Shown in pieces: positions 38,172 to 50,659 of a stretch of DNA of 64,000 nt (positions are counted from its first letter, which is position 1; each line of letters begins with the position of its first letter). The stretch is from Octopus bimaculoides. Lineage: Eukaryota. The stretch is from assembly GCF_001194135.2 (NCBI RefSeq), contig NC_069007.1, positions 2,257,513 through 2,321,512 on the forward strand, read 5' to 3'. Position numbers and translations under genes: made by a program. The notes below the pieces were generated by a model. That model saw only the letters and a list, made by a program, of their open reading frames with translations, had not been told where the DNA came from and made no database searches.

Positions 38172-38914
38172 TATATATATTATATACACATATATAGATA
38201 TATATGCACACACACACGTGTGTGCATCTCAACAATACGTGTAAGTACGTTATGACAAGCGGTGCGAAGAATCGTCCGGTAGGATGTTCGATACTGTTAT
38301 ATGTAAATGTACAAGTGTTTGTGTGTGGTGGGGGTATGTGTATGATGTTTGTATCCTGAAAGCTACCTCACACAAATATACTGCATCAACCGGTAAAAGG
38401 CACATTTATGAAATCCTCATTAGGTTAATGCACTAACATAACCCGACACATCATGGTAAACGTTAAAATAAGTAAATCTCCCGACATAAAATTAACCTCA
38501 GATATATGCAAAATAAAAAACACAGTATACGATAGTTGGAATGTGTTAGTTCCTTGGCATGTTCAGGGTCAAAGATGAATAATGGTACGTATTTATTTAA
38601 GGCACAATTAGTCATCGATACACCTAAAGATGTCATGCATGTAGCGCAGTTCAGCTATCCACTCTCACCCCTATACCAAGCGTGTACGACAACCAGCATT
38701 ACATATTTTGTTATACAATATCCAGATGAAGAAATAAAGTCAATTAAACCAGGATCGAATACGAAAGAAGAGCCTATTGAAATCAAGAATACGTTTGTTT
38801 TATAAATACTTTCAGAATTTTAAGCAGTTCTGTGTCTTTTCAACAAAGCCTGGCGCACCCAAAACAGCATTTCCGAGTAATGCTGTGGAAACGAAATTTT
38901 GAATAACTATTCTT

Positions 38915-39105
38915 TTCTACTCTAGGCACAAGGCCCGAAATTTGGGAGGAGGGGCCCAGCCGATTAGATCGGCCCCAGGATGCAACTGGTACTTAATTTG
39001 TCGGCTCCGAAAGGATGAAAGATAAAGTCGACCTCGGCGGAATTTGAACTCAGAACGTAAAAACAGACAAAAAAACCGCTCAGCATTTCGCGCAGCGAGC
39101 TAACC
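38915..39105 (-). mobile_element. Family A SINE (short-tail variant)
   Basis: GGCACAAGGCCCGAAATTTGGGAGG...CTGGTACTTAATTTGTCGGCTCCGAAAGGATGAAAGATAAAGTCGACCTCGGCGGAATTTGAACTCAGAACG. Confidence 0.9.
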
Positions 39106-39135
39106 TTACTCTTAACGACTACGCCATATGCCCAC

Positions 39136-39400
39136 GGGCATATGGCGTAGTGGTTAGGAGTGCGGGCTACTAACCCCAAGATTCCGAGTTCGATTCCAAG
39201 CAGTGACTTGAATAATAATAATAAAAAAAATAATAATAATAATGATAACATCGAAAAATAACCAATGAATGGGAACAGAGATTCCAAATTTCCCCAAGAC
39301 AGCTGAAGAAGGCTTCAGGGTGTATCAGCCGAAACGTTGTGTCAACAAGGAACAAGATGAATGCAAATATCCGTCAAATGTAAATAATTTAAATAATGTC
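39136..39400 (+). mobile_element. Composite element (family H1): tRNA-like head + (AAT)n linker + hammerhead-bearing tail
   Basis: A box TGGCGTAGTGG and B box GAGTTCGATTCC, then (AAT)n, then a tail containing CTGAAGA...GAAAC. The tail recurs at 25055. Confidence 0.8.
39298..39343 (+). ncRNA. Minimal type I hammerhead ribozyme motif
   Basis: GACAG-CUGAAGA-A-GGCU(12-nt loop)AGCC-GAA-ACGU-U-GUGUC. Canonical core, stem II 4 bp, palindromic stem III ACGU, triplet GUU, stem I 4/5 pairs (G-G mismatch next to the core). Confidence 0.7.
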
Positions 39401-39659
39401 CTAACAGCATATCAGTGTTCGAAAATTTTGGAGTCTTGAGAACTTCTCAGGTGGAGCAGGGCATATTTACCTTTTTGTAATTATGATATTGTGGTGGAGA
39501 TATAAATTTAACAAGTCTCGAAGTTTTGTTACAAGGTTTTTTTAGATCCTGGTATTCGTTCACACGCACAAACACACACACACACGCACAAACACACACA
39601 CACACACACACGCACAAACACACACACAAATATTTTTTTTTTTTCTAATACACACACAC

Positions 39660-39704
<45 letters not shown>

Positions 39705-40638
39705 GGGAGAGATAGATAGATGGATAGATAGATAGATAGATAGTAGGCAGGTATATAGGTAAAACAATGGGAAGGCTAATATGGATGTATATATAGGTAG
39801 ATACGTATATTGTCAGATAGAGAGATAAATTAATAACATTATGCGCTTGTTTGATAGAATACTTTTCTATACGTTTACGAACGTCTTTATGTCTGTATGA
39901 ATAGATGCATATTGACTGATATATTAAATGATAGATATAACCTGATAGCTAGAGTGTAGTATATCAATTTCGAGATAGATGTCAAAACAATACATTCAAC
40001 ATACGTTCAATGATTCCTCGGACAGGAACAAAACCACACACACACACGCACACACATATTTGGCATGTATGCGTAACTATAAAGTGCGAACATACGAGAG
40101 AGCTGCTGGGTGAGACAAGTTGCACGTCAGTGCAGCTGGGGAATTCTTGAGCGCATGCTCGTTAAACATATATGCATACACATACACACCTACACTCTCC
40201 ACCACATACATATGTTTGTGCGTGTGAATATATAAATGTATATATATATATATANNNNNNNNNNNNNNNNNNNNNNNNNNNNNNNNNNNNNNNNNNNNNN
40301 NNNNNNNNNNNNNNNNNNNNNNNNNNNNNNNNNNNNNNNNNNNNNNNNNNNNNNNNNNNNNNNNNNNNNNNNNNNNNNNNNNNNNNNNNNNNNNNNNNNN
40401 NNNNNNNNNNNNNNNNNNNNNNNNNNNNNNNNNNNNNNNNNNNNNNNNNNNNNNNNNNNNNNNNNNNNNNNNNNNNNNNNNNNNNNNNNNNNNNNNNNNN
40501 NNNNNNNNNNNNNNNNNNNNNNNNNNNNNNNNNNNNNNNNNNNNNNNNNNNNNNNNNNNNNNNNNNNNNNNNNNNNNNNNNNNNNNNNNNNNNNNNNNNN
40601 NNNNNNNNNNNNNNNNNNNNNNNNNNNNNNNNNNNNNN

Positions 40639-40689
<51 letters not shown>

Positions 40690-41239
40690 TGAGACGAAAA
40701 GTGTGGGGTGGGCTGTAGGCAGTGGGATGATCTAGGATGTAACTTCCCTTACGTTTGACAATAGATGAAGACGGCAAGTGACAACGATCTTTTCATTTCC
40801 AAACGTCTCTTGTTCTGTTGTGATCTGTCTTATGTAATCTTGAGAATCATGGGAGATAAATGTTTTAAGAGCATGACAGCATACGGTAGCGCGGGTTATG
40901 GGGCCGTCAATAAAATAGGCAACGCGGTGCATGATGATTGAAGAGGTTGTATTGCGCATGTCAAATTTGCTCGACCTGGCTATTCGTCTTCACGTTCGCA
41001 GAATACCTATCTATCTATATTTCTATCTATTTCGTAATCTTGCTACCCATATCTACATATATAAATGCGTATGTGTGATTTGCGCGTGTGTGTGTGAGTG
41101 TGTGCGCGTGTGTGTGTGCATACATATATGTATATATATATATATATATATATAACTATATGTATATATGCATATGTATATACATATGCATATATATATA
41201 TACATATATATGTGTATATATATATATACATATATATGT

Positions 41240-41335
41240 ACGATCATGAATTTGTGAGTTCAATTGCCGGACAGGGCTGGGTGTTGTGTTCTTGAGCAAG
41301 ACACTTATTTTCACGTTGCTCCAGTTCACTGGTGC
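41240..41335 (+). mobile_element. Family C SINE fragment
   Basis: GAGTTCAATTGCCGG...GTGTTGTGTTCTTGAGCAAGACACTTATTTTCACGTTGCTCCAGTTCACT. Confidence 0.75.
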
Positions 41336-41463
41336 CAAGCTGTATCAGTCCCTTTCACTTTCCCTTAGTAAACATCAACACTAGGCCGTGCGTTCTTGCT
41401 CCACATACCTCATTCTGTTCTTCTAAGATGTGTATCCTTATGTGCGCATTCGTTCGCATTTCT

Positions 41464-41568
<105 letters not shown>

Positions 41569-42039
41569 CATAGATTTTTGCAGCAGTGTGGCCTTCCCCC
41601 ACATGCCCAACCTCTGACCCCATTTTGTTACTGCCGTTCTAAGACCCCAGAAAAAAACCCCAGAAAAACCGAAAGAAAGGTACAGTTTCTGTATTGCAAG
41701 TTGTATGGGTGTTCGTCCCCGGCGTTGCCATCGTGGTAGATGTTGTTGATATTGGCACCGATGCACACACATATACTCGAGACAGCAGAGAGAGACGTAC
41801 TTACACAGAAAAATCAAACATCCAGATACCATCTAATCACGTGCTATGCTATTATCCGTAAATTGCGGAACACATGATGCGGTCAACTGATCATGCATTT
41901 TCCTTCGTTTTCTTTTTTTTCACTTTTTTTGAGTATTTTCCTTTTCTTTCTGAGTCTTTTACTTCTTTTCATTTTTTATTCCTATCTGACATTTTTCATG
42001 ATATCCAAATTTATTACTGACAATAACATTTATTTAGCA

Positions 42040-42192
42040 CATTTATTATTATTATTATTATTACCATTATTATTATTATTATTATTAGCATCATCATCAT
42101 CATTATTATTATTATTAATAATAATAATAGTACTATTACTATTGCTGTTGTTATTACTGCCATTGTTACTACTACTACTATTATCATTATTA

Positions 42193-42230
<38 letters not shown>

Positions 42231-42240
42231 GCTGCTGTTG
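42040..42240. repeat. (TTA)/(TCA)/(ACT) trinucleotide array
   Basis: Direct inspection. Confidence 0.9.
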
Positions 42241-43284
42241 TAATGTTTTCTACCGTACACTTTTTTTTTTTTTTTACTTCAATTCAAATCATCTTCCCAC
42301 CTCATTAGCGCCAATAATTGGCCCTGATATGGGTTTAGTACTTGGACACGTCAAGAATAAAAGATTGTTTGTTTGGTTTTTTTGTGTTTATTTTTCCCCT
42401 CCTTTTTTTTGCGTGAAACCTACATTGAAATTTTCTCATTATTAACTCCCAGGAAACATGAATGTCCAGAAATGATGTTTCCTTCTTTCATTTCTTGTGT
42501 TTCATTTTTTTTTTTTTTTTTTTTTTTTTTTCTTTGTTGTTCAATATAGCATTACGCTTCCATGGAAACGGAAATGTAGTGCAATGACAACAAATTTAAA
42601 CCGACTTTATAATATAACATCACAATTTTTCTTATCCGAAATCAAACAATCAGGATAAATCGTATACACTTTTGCAATATCTGTGGATTTTTCTTACTTT
42701 ATCGTTCATTTATGCGTCACACTGTCTCTCAATTTCTCTCTTTTTCTTTATTTCTATACCTTAATCTCACCCTCTGTCTCGCACGATATGTGTATAGATA
42801 GATAGATATACTGACAGTCAGACAGGCAAACAGACAGGCAGGCAGAAAGACAGGCAGGCAAACAGACAGGCAGGCAGAAAGACAGACAGACAGCAAGTGC
42901 GCGTCTGTTTTTTTTTTTTGTGCATCTGCCTAACTGTTAAAATCTTTCAATGCAGCAAAACGCAAATGTACGTCTCCCAGCTAAAAACCTTATTATCCCA
43001 CCTGAGGTGTTTTCTATGCCCCCTGCGTTTCATCTAGTGTTATTGCATCGTTCCACGCCCACAAGGGAGCAGCGCAATCTTGAAGATGAAACAATTGTTG
43101 TGGTAATTAATATAATTTCTTTTTCGTTGGTACATTCCGTCTTCTCTTTTTATATTTAATATACACATGCATGTATATATTCTTATATTTAATATACACA
43201 TGCATGTATATATGTATTTGTGTGTAAATTTATGTATCTATATACGTATGTTTATGTATCTATATGTGTTTGGGTGTGCGTATA

Positions 43285-43465
43285 TTTGTTTGCCCCCTAC
43301 TACTACTGGACAATCGGTGTTGGTTTGTTTATGTCCCCATAACTTAACTACTCAGCAAAACAGACCGATAAAATAAGTACCAAGATTTAACAAATGACAA
43401 CACAGGGATCGATTTAATCAACATGCACCGTCCCCTCAGAATCGCTGTTCTTGTGTGCCAAAATA
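43285..43465 (+). mobile_element. Family B-like SINE 3' half, degenerate
   Basis: TTTGCCCCCTACT...CAATCGGTGTTGGTTTGTTTATGTCCCCATAACTTA...GACCGATAAAATAAGTACC...GGGATCGATT. Confidence 0.7.
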
Positions 43466-43639
43466 CAATAATTGTTTGTATTCGTGTACGGTCTAATGTA
43501 ACGTATTTAGAGTTCTATTCTTTGAAGTTTTTTGATCGTGGATCCATTTATTTAATGGTTAGTATGTATTTGCTGCATAAGATACATTTCACGTATGCAA
43601 TGAGCATTTTCAATAGGCGGAGAACTCGATGTATTGCTT

Positions 43640-44050
43640 GTGTTGTTTTGGGTTTGTATTGTTATGGCTTGACTGAAGATTGTTTGATTAAACGATGTTG
43701 AAAACTAACATTAAAGAAAGACCTAGAAATACATTTGTACTAATTCTGGACATTCAGAACAGACTTCATACATATATAACGATATCATCTCTAGATATAA
43801 ACACCAAGATAGAAGTTAACGTCTGCATAACGTCCGTTTACATCAAAGATGCAGGTGAGTGCGTTTATTTATATGGAAATAAAGAATGTACAGACACATA
43901 GAAACAAACTTCAATGATAAAAACCTATATTTAGAAGAACATTCACATCCAACTCCACAAACGGGGAACAAAACAATGATATCCACAGCATAAAGAAAAC
44001 TTTGATACACAATGGGTATTCTCACGAACAAATATACCGTGTTGTACTGC
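43640..44050 (+). mobile_element. Penelope-like element reverse transcriptase relic (C-terminal RT/thumb)
   Basis: Spliced across a stop and a frameshift: ...ISSLDINTKIEVNVCITSVYIKDAGECVYLYGNKECTDT*KQTSMIKTYI/RRTFTSNSTNGEQNNDIHSIKKTLIHNGYSHEQI. This follows the PLE pattern FLD...TxVYxK...C...YK...YIRRA...EIxxIKQxLxNNGY. Confidence 0.72.
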
Positions 44051-44099
44051 AATACGAATTTTATCCAAAAAGAAACTGAACTTTTAAAAGCGTACGCTT

Positions 44100-44432
44100 T
44101 TCAGTCGTTGATTTATGACTGTAGTTCTGTATACGGATGACCTTGAACTTCAGTCTAACAATTGTCTCATCAATAAACGTCAATTAGTTATCGATCTTAC
44201 GGTGTATGAATGATCGGTGTATTTGGTCATGTGTTGTAAGGCGAACAATGCAGGCTTTGTAAGAGCAGCGAATTATGAGAATTTCTGCTTCAATTTCTGA
44301 AGAGGTTTTCTACAGACATTTCTCTTTCTGAGACTCTCCAGTGAAGAACTTTCTTCAAGAGCCATCGATGTGCGGTAAAGAAGTTCAATCTCTAGCCACA
44401 TAGTTTTGATTTCAGTTCCTTTGGGCGGCATT
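44100..44432 (-). mobile_element. Possible Tc1-like transposase N-terminal relic
   Basis: Frameshifted reads MPPKGTEI.../TAHRWLLKK.../KTSSEIEAEILIIRCSYKACIVRLTTHDQIHRSF resemble the Tc1 HTH region (RPRKTS..DRxLIR....RLT..QI). Catalytic domain absent. Confidence 0.4.
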
Positions 44433-44795
44433 TTCAACAAGTAGCTTTAAATAGAACCACGGATCGACTCATGAATTTTGAAAGTATTTAGTAGACGAAA
44501 ACTATTTGGAGTCCCGTTGTATACAAGCGTGCATACACACACNNNNNNNNNNNNNNNNNNNNNNNNNNNNNNNNNNNNNNNNNNNNNNNNNNNNNNNNNN
44601 NNNNNNNNNNNNNNNNNNNNNNNNNNNNNNNNNNNNNNNNNNNNNNNNNNNNNNNNNNNNNNNNNNNNNNNNNNNNNNNNNNNNNNNNNNNNNNNNNNNN
44701 NNNNNNNNNNNNNNNNNNNNNNNATATATATATATATACAAACATACATATATGTATATATATTTGTATAACTATGTTTATATTTATATATACGT

Positions 44796-44843
<48 letters not shown>

Positions 44844-44877
44844 CATGCATGCATTCATCCATTCCTGCATACATACA

Positions 44878-44907
<30 letters not shown>

Positions 44908-44912
<5 letters not shown>

Positions 44913-45065
44913 GGCGATCTCTTAGTTTTCGGCTACCAAATCTACTCACAAGGCACCGGTGCGCCTATAACCCCTGTACCTCAGAGACACGCTTTGCCGT
45001 GCAGTAAAGCTAAACCCGAAACCACGTAGTCGTAAAGCAAATTTCTTAAACACGCAGCCATGCCT
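44908..45065 (-). mobile_element. Family B SINE 5' half
   Basis: AGTTTTCGGCTACCAAATCTACTCACAAGGC...CTAAACCCGAAACCACGTAG...TTAAACACGCAGCCATGCC. Confidence 0.75.
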
Positions 45066-45692
45066 GGGTCGCCATGTATTATTTCTATTTGGAGTCAACC
45101 AAGAATTTATTTCTCTATTATATAAAATCCCTAGTCATATCTCTCCCTATTCAATCATTAACGTAAGCGAAAATACAAACGTGCTTCTCCCAAAAGGGAT
45201 TTTATCGTCCTCAGTCCCTATAAAAATTTCAACGATTTATTATTTTCAAAATGCATCTCTTTATCATATAACCATCACACTGTGCATTTTCTTTTTGTTT
45301 TCATATAAACGCATTTTCTCTCTACCTAATTTAAATCTGCTGGCGTTTCTTATTCCAGTAATGGTTTCCTTCGTAAATGTTTTCTGTTCTTTTATCGATC
45401 CCTCTTTCTTATTCTTTACTCCATTTTCTATTTTTGTTTTCATAATAGTCTTTCATTGCACCTATAGTTTTTTTCTTATTCAACTTCCTTTTCCGTTTTT
45501 TCTCCATATTCTTTCGTCTCCCAAACCTCTCTACATATAATAGGCATTATTTTTATGTTCTTTTATACTATCTTTCTTCCCAATAAATGATACATAACAT
45601 TTTCAATGCACACACATACACACATTCACACGCATACACACACACACATACACACACACACGCAAGCATATTTATATATAAGTATATGTATA

Positions 45693-45749
<57 letters not shown>

Positions 45750-45866
45750 ATATATATATGTAAATATACATATATGTATATGCATATACATATTTGTATA
45801 TATCTGTATATATATGCATATATATATGTATACATATACATATATACATACACACATACACGCACG

Positions 45867-45917
<51 letters not shown>

Positions 45918-46283
45918 GTATGAATACATATAATGTATGTATACACGTAGATATGTATGTCTTTGACATGTGATGATTATAGGAATGTGTTCGATATCTC
46001 ATATGTGTGTATATTTCAAATTATGCATAAGTGTGTGTATAAGGGCGGTTTAATGTAGTCCTCTGTGAGAAATTTTCAACTTCATCAAATGCATATATCA
46101 TCATTAAATGAGATATATTTGGTGACAGATCTAAATTATAACCCTGATGAGGGAGCCATCAATCTTTCCTTTATGCACGTCACTTACTGATCAGAAAGTT
46201 GTTTACTATATTTTATATGACATCCACTCATCTGGATATATATTGGTAAATTCGTGATTGCGTGCATGCGTGTGCGTGTGTGC

Positions 46284-46328
<45 letters not shown>

Positions 46329-46389
46329 NNNNNNNNNNTTATATGCGTAGATATACACTTGCACATACTACACACGATAAATGAAAAAT

Positions 46390-46980
<591 letters not shown>

Positions 46981-47480
46981 TGAAATCAAGAGTAAAGACA
47001 CCCAAAAGGAAACGATGATGGTCCTCTGGAGGTCCGGATTATAGCTCCCAGCTGTAGTCACCAAACAGTATAAAATTAACGACGTAACTCGAGGCCATGC
47101 TACGAAGCTATTCGAAGAACATTGATACAATGCAACATATCAGCTGCTGGCACAGACGGAATGAGTTGAGACTCTACTGCTTATGGAGCGAGTGCAAAGG
47201 AGGGATACGCAATAATATACATCGGGAGAAACCGAGAAAACGTGTGACGAACTTTGGCATTGTCATACAAAATCAGGACGGAGTGCTACTGCAAGGTAGC
47301 AAATTTCCCAACACTGCTATCAGGATACAGAACGAGATACTGCAACAGCCTGGCCTTCAAATTCCGACAGATTTTCAACATCCTCGCACAGAGCCAGACG
47401 AACCCGCGTGGCGGCGATGTAGGTTTTTCAAAACAAAACTGGATCACTTTCTGTCACGAGGAATCTACCTCAAGGCAAGA
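46981..47480 (+). mobile_element. CR1-type LINE 3' ORF2 relic
   Basis: Across frameshifts: [55 protein letters not shown].../YCKVANFPTLLSGYRTRYCNSLAFKFRQIFNILAQ.../FKTKLDHFLS. This matches CR1 C-terminal motifs (LDYxSQLWSP, LExxQR, LxLYSL, LFNxLP, FKxxLDxFL). Confidence 0.85.
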
Positions 47481-47494
47481 TTGGTATATTGGTT

Positions 47495-47912
47495 TCATAT
47501 TTTGGTACAATGCCAGCAATTTCGAAGGAAAGGAGTAAGACGAAGACAAAATCGTTAGCATGGCGGGCAAAATGCTTAACGGCATTTAGTTTGTTTGTAC
47601 GTTCTGAGTTCAAATTCCGCCGAGGTCGACTTTGCCTTTCATCCTTTCAATGTCAATAAATTAAGTACCAGTTGTATACTGTAGTCGAACTAATCGACTG
47701 GCGCCTCCCCCAAAATTTCAGGCCTTGTGCCTATAATAGAAAGGGAAGGAGTAAGACGATTATATCAAGCCCAGTGTTCAACTCCTAACTTTATCGAACC
47801 CCGAAAGGGTGAAAAGCAACATTGACCTCGATGGAATTTGAACTCAGAACGTTAGAACGGACGAAATGCCACTACGCCTTTTAGCCAGCATGGTTACGTT
47901 TCTGCCAACTCG
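47495..47912 (-). mobile_element. Family A SINE, interrupted by an opposite-strand copy
   Basis: Tail TTGGTACAATGCCAGCAATTTCG (47495-47525) and body/head (47760-47912) are separated by the insert. Confidence 0.75.
47544..47745 (+). mobile_element. Family A SINE inserted with a 14-bp TSD
   Basis: AAGGAGTAAGACGA at 47530-47543 and 47746-47759 flank AATCGTTAGC...GAGTTCAAATTCCGCCGAGGTCGACTTTGCCTTTCATCC...GGCCTTGTGCC. Confidence 0.88.
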
Positions 47913-48570
47913 TGTTAGTAAATATATGAATATCTCTTTTAAAATACACATCTTTTACCATCACAAATAAATGAAATAAATCAAAAAGAAACATTAATAA
48001 CGGTCTTAAAATTGCATGTTGTAGGAATAACAATTGTTTTTTTTTTCTTGTGCGCAGAGGCTAGTTTTTACCGTTTTCACAGAAGATCGCCTATGTGTGA
48101 CAGATGAAATGATCCCGGACAGACGGTTGTGGTTGACAAGCATGTTCGATCAGGCAATAAACACAAACTACATGAGTCTTGCTCCCAAGAGGTTCGACAT
48201 TCTAAAACACCACATCATTTGTATTGCCCGTAAAGCTTAACATACAATAATTACAGAGGGAAATCAATCATTACACAGATGTCAGTTACACTAGCAAAAT
48301 CTCTGGGCACGGTGCATTCATCCTGACCAGAGCGAAATCATAAAATAAAAGACGACATCTAATTAGCGTATAAATGTTGGGTTAAAAACGGGTCTTTGGA
48401 CAGAAATGGCCCGAGAGGTTCTAGTGTAACACAAAGCCACGTCTTTTCGAAGCGTAACAAGCGTTCTACCATAGGACCAACGCGATCCTTCGAATTTCAT
48501 TATTCATTTTATTCTGTCTGACATTTTCTATCTAAAACGTTTTGTAATCCCAAAATCGCCAATATTAATG

Positions 48571-48660
48571 CGGCGATTTGGCAGAATTGTTAGCACGCCG
48601 TGCAAAATGGTTTGCGGCGTTTCATCCGTTTTTACATTCTGAATTCTAATTGCATTGAGA
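48571..48660 (+). mobile_element. Family A SINE head only
   Basis: GCGGCGATTTGGCAGAATTGTTAGCACGCCGTGCAAAATG...ACATTCTGAATTCTAATT. Confidence 0.7.
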
Positions 48661-48661
48661 T

Positions 48662-49495
48662 CAAAGGAGGGAATTCAATACCGTTGCCCTCTTTTGCGTT
48701 TCCAGCCTTGACATTGTTTCTTCTGGGATATTGGATAGCAAGAGCTCAACTTCTTTCTTGAAAACATCTCCTCCTACTCCATGAAAATTCCGTAGATGTT
48801 TTGACAAGGAGTTAAATAGCTGTAGGCCTCACCTTAGATGAGAGAGCTGAGACTTTTAGGGCAGTGACGTCCATTTCGAGGTCTGGTGTAATTCAATTCC
48901 AAAGTTTGGTGCCAGCCCCTCCAATATCTTGCACACATATATCACTGCATACCTCTCCCGTATTCTCTCCAGGGGGTAGAATCGTAGATCCTTCAGTCTC
49001 TCTCAGTTGCTCCGCTATTCCAGTGATGCAATCTTCCTCGTGTACTGCCGCTGAACCGCCTCAAGTTCTGCTATTAATCCTACAGTATAAGGTGACCACC
49101 ATTGAGAGCAGTAGTCCAGACAGCTGAGGACAAATGTCCTCCATAGGATCAGCATAGATTCCTGGTTCCCTTGTTCTGAAGGTTCTCAGAATCCATCCGG
49201 CCGTTTGCCTGCACACTGCCATCATCATAGTGTCATGCATGTGAAACGAGGCATCGTTGCTTATATCAATCTCAAGATCACGCACTGTATGTGATTCTAG
49301 GATTGCCGCTCCTTTTGTTCCAAGATATCGTTGTTGTGACTTCTGAGAATCAATTAGCTGGTAGCGGAGGGCATGGAATTTGCCTGCATTGAATTGCATG
49401 TTGTTGTCCTCAGCCCATTTATATATGGTATCTAGGTCTTTCTGTAGAAGATTAGCATCAGAAGGTTCCTTGACTGCTTGTATGCATCCATATAA
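48662..49495 (-). mobile_element. CR1-type LINE RT C-terminal relic
   Basis: ORF 49061-49561 includes QAVKEPSDANLLQKDLDTIYKWAEDNNMQFNAGKF...VRDLEIDISNDASFHMH...GWILRTFRTR. It continues with frameshifts to LDYCSQLWSP...RERYAVIYVCKILEGLAPNFGI...LFNSL. Confidence 0.92.
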
Positions 49496-49505
49496 GTATT
49501 TGTCT

Positions 49506-49558
<53 letters not shown>

Positions 49559-50469
49559 CAAGTATGTCTATGTTTCTGTGTATGTATATTTTTATACCGA
49601 CGATCTGATAACACGAGGTCGTATTTATAAGCATCTGGACAACATCGCTCAGGTTTAAGTGACGCAAAGGATGTGACAATAAACAAAAATGAAGATCTAC
49701 CGATAACCAACGGATAAAGAACAGCTCCTGATATACATCTGTACAATATATGTAAATACTGCATACAGCAAAATAACAATGAATGATTGATATAGATTCT
49801 GGCATTCACGTACAGATATTAAATATGAACCATTAGAATTAAACACATACTGGAATTAGATTCATTATAGCATAGATTTATAGATATTGTTTTATATAAT
49901 CGATGACTTGAAAGAATTGAGATTATCCACCGACCTCGTAAAAATTCAATAATGTTTAACAAACGATATTAACAATATCACATTTAACCTTGAAATAATT
50001 GAATTTTCAAATGTATCTATTCACATCACAGTTAATGTCTTTATTAAATTTAATGCATCTGGTATCCATATAGCTTAGAAATTAACAACTAGAAATGGGC
50101 GGTTTTTTTGTTTTGTTTTTTATTTTGTATTGCAGATGGCACAACATATATGAAAGGGGCAAGAAGAAAGGATAAACAACGATGCCAACAATGAATATAG
50201 AAATGTAATCAGGCGGGGAAAAAATAAGCGAAATATATTCATAAGTTTATTTAATATTTCGGATGTAGAATATAGATTGCAAAAGAGCAAATTTATCGAA
50301 AATATACGAGATGTATATTCATATTTGATTATCAATTTATCCCAAGATTCGCTACGTATACATGTTTATTGCTATGTTCTATATTGTGTATAGTATGCAC
50401 ATATATATATATATACTGTGTGTGCGTATGTGTATGTGTGTGTGAGTGTGTGTGGGGGGGTATTATGGT

Positions 50470-50609
50470 TTACTTGTGTTAGTTTTGAGATGCGGTCATG
50501 CAGGATCTTAGCCAAATACATCGATCTCAGTACTTTACTTTTGAAAGTTTGGTATTTATGCTAGCTGCCAGTTTTGCCGAACCGCTAAGTAAAGAAAACA
50601 TAAGCCAAA

Positions 50610-50612
<3 letters not shown>
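50470..50612 (-). mobile_element. Family B SINE 3' part, degenerate
   Basis: GATGCGGTCATGCAGG...TTTTGCCGAACCGCTAAGT. Confidence 0.6.

Positions 50613-50659
<47 letters not shown>

Noticed and set aside
38536-38805. 89-aa plus-strand ORF
   Set aside because: TTG start, no recognisable motif and no splice support.
39136-39210. tRNA gene call for the H1 head (and other SINE heads)
   Set aside because: Acceptor and anticodon stems do not pair properly, and the heads run into SINE bodies; treated as tRNA-derived.
43672-43705. CTGAAGA followed by a small hairpin as a hammerhead
   Set aside because: Extra bases precede GAAA, there is no stem III or stem I, and it lies within the PLE RT coding relic.
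46144-46170. CTGATGA core word
   Set aside because: No stem II/GAAA or stem I partner downstream.
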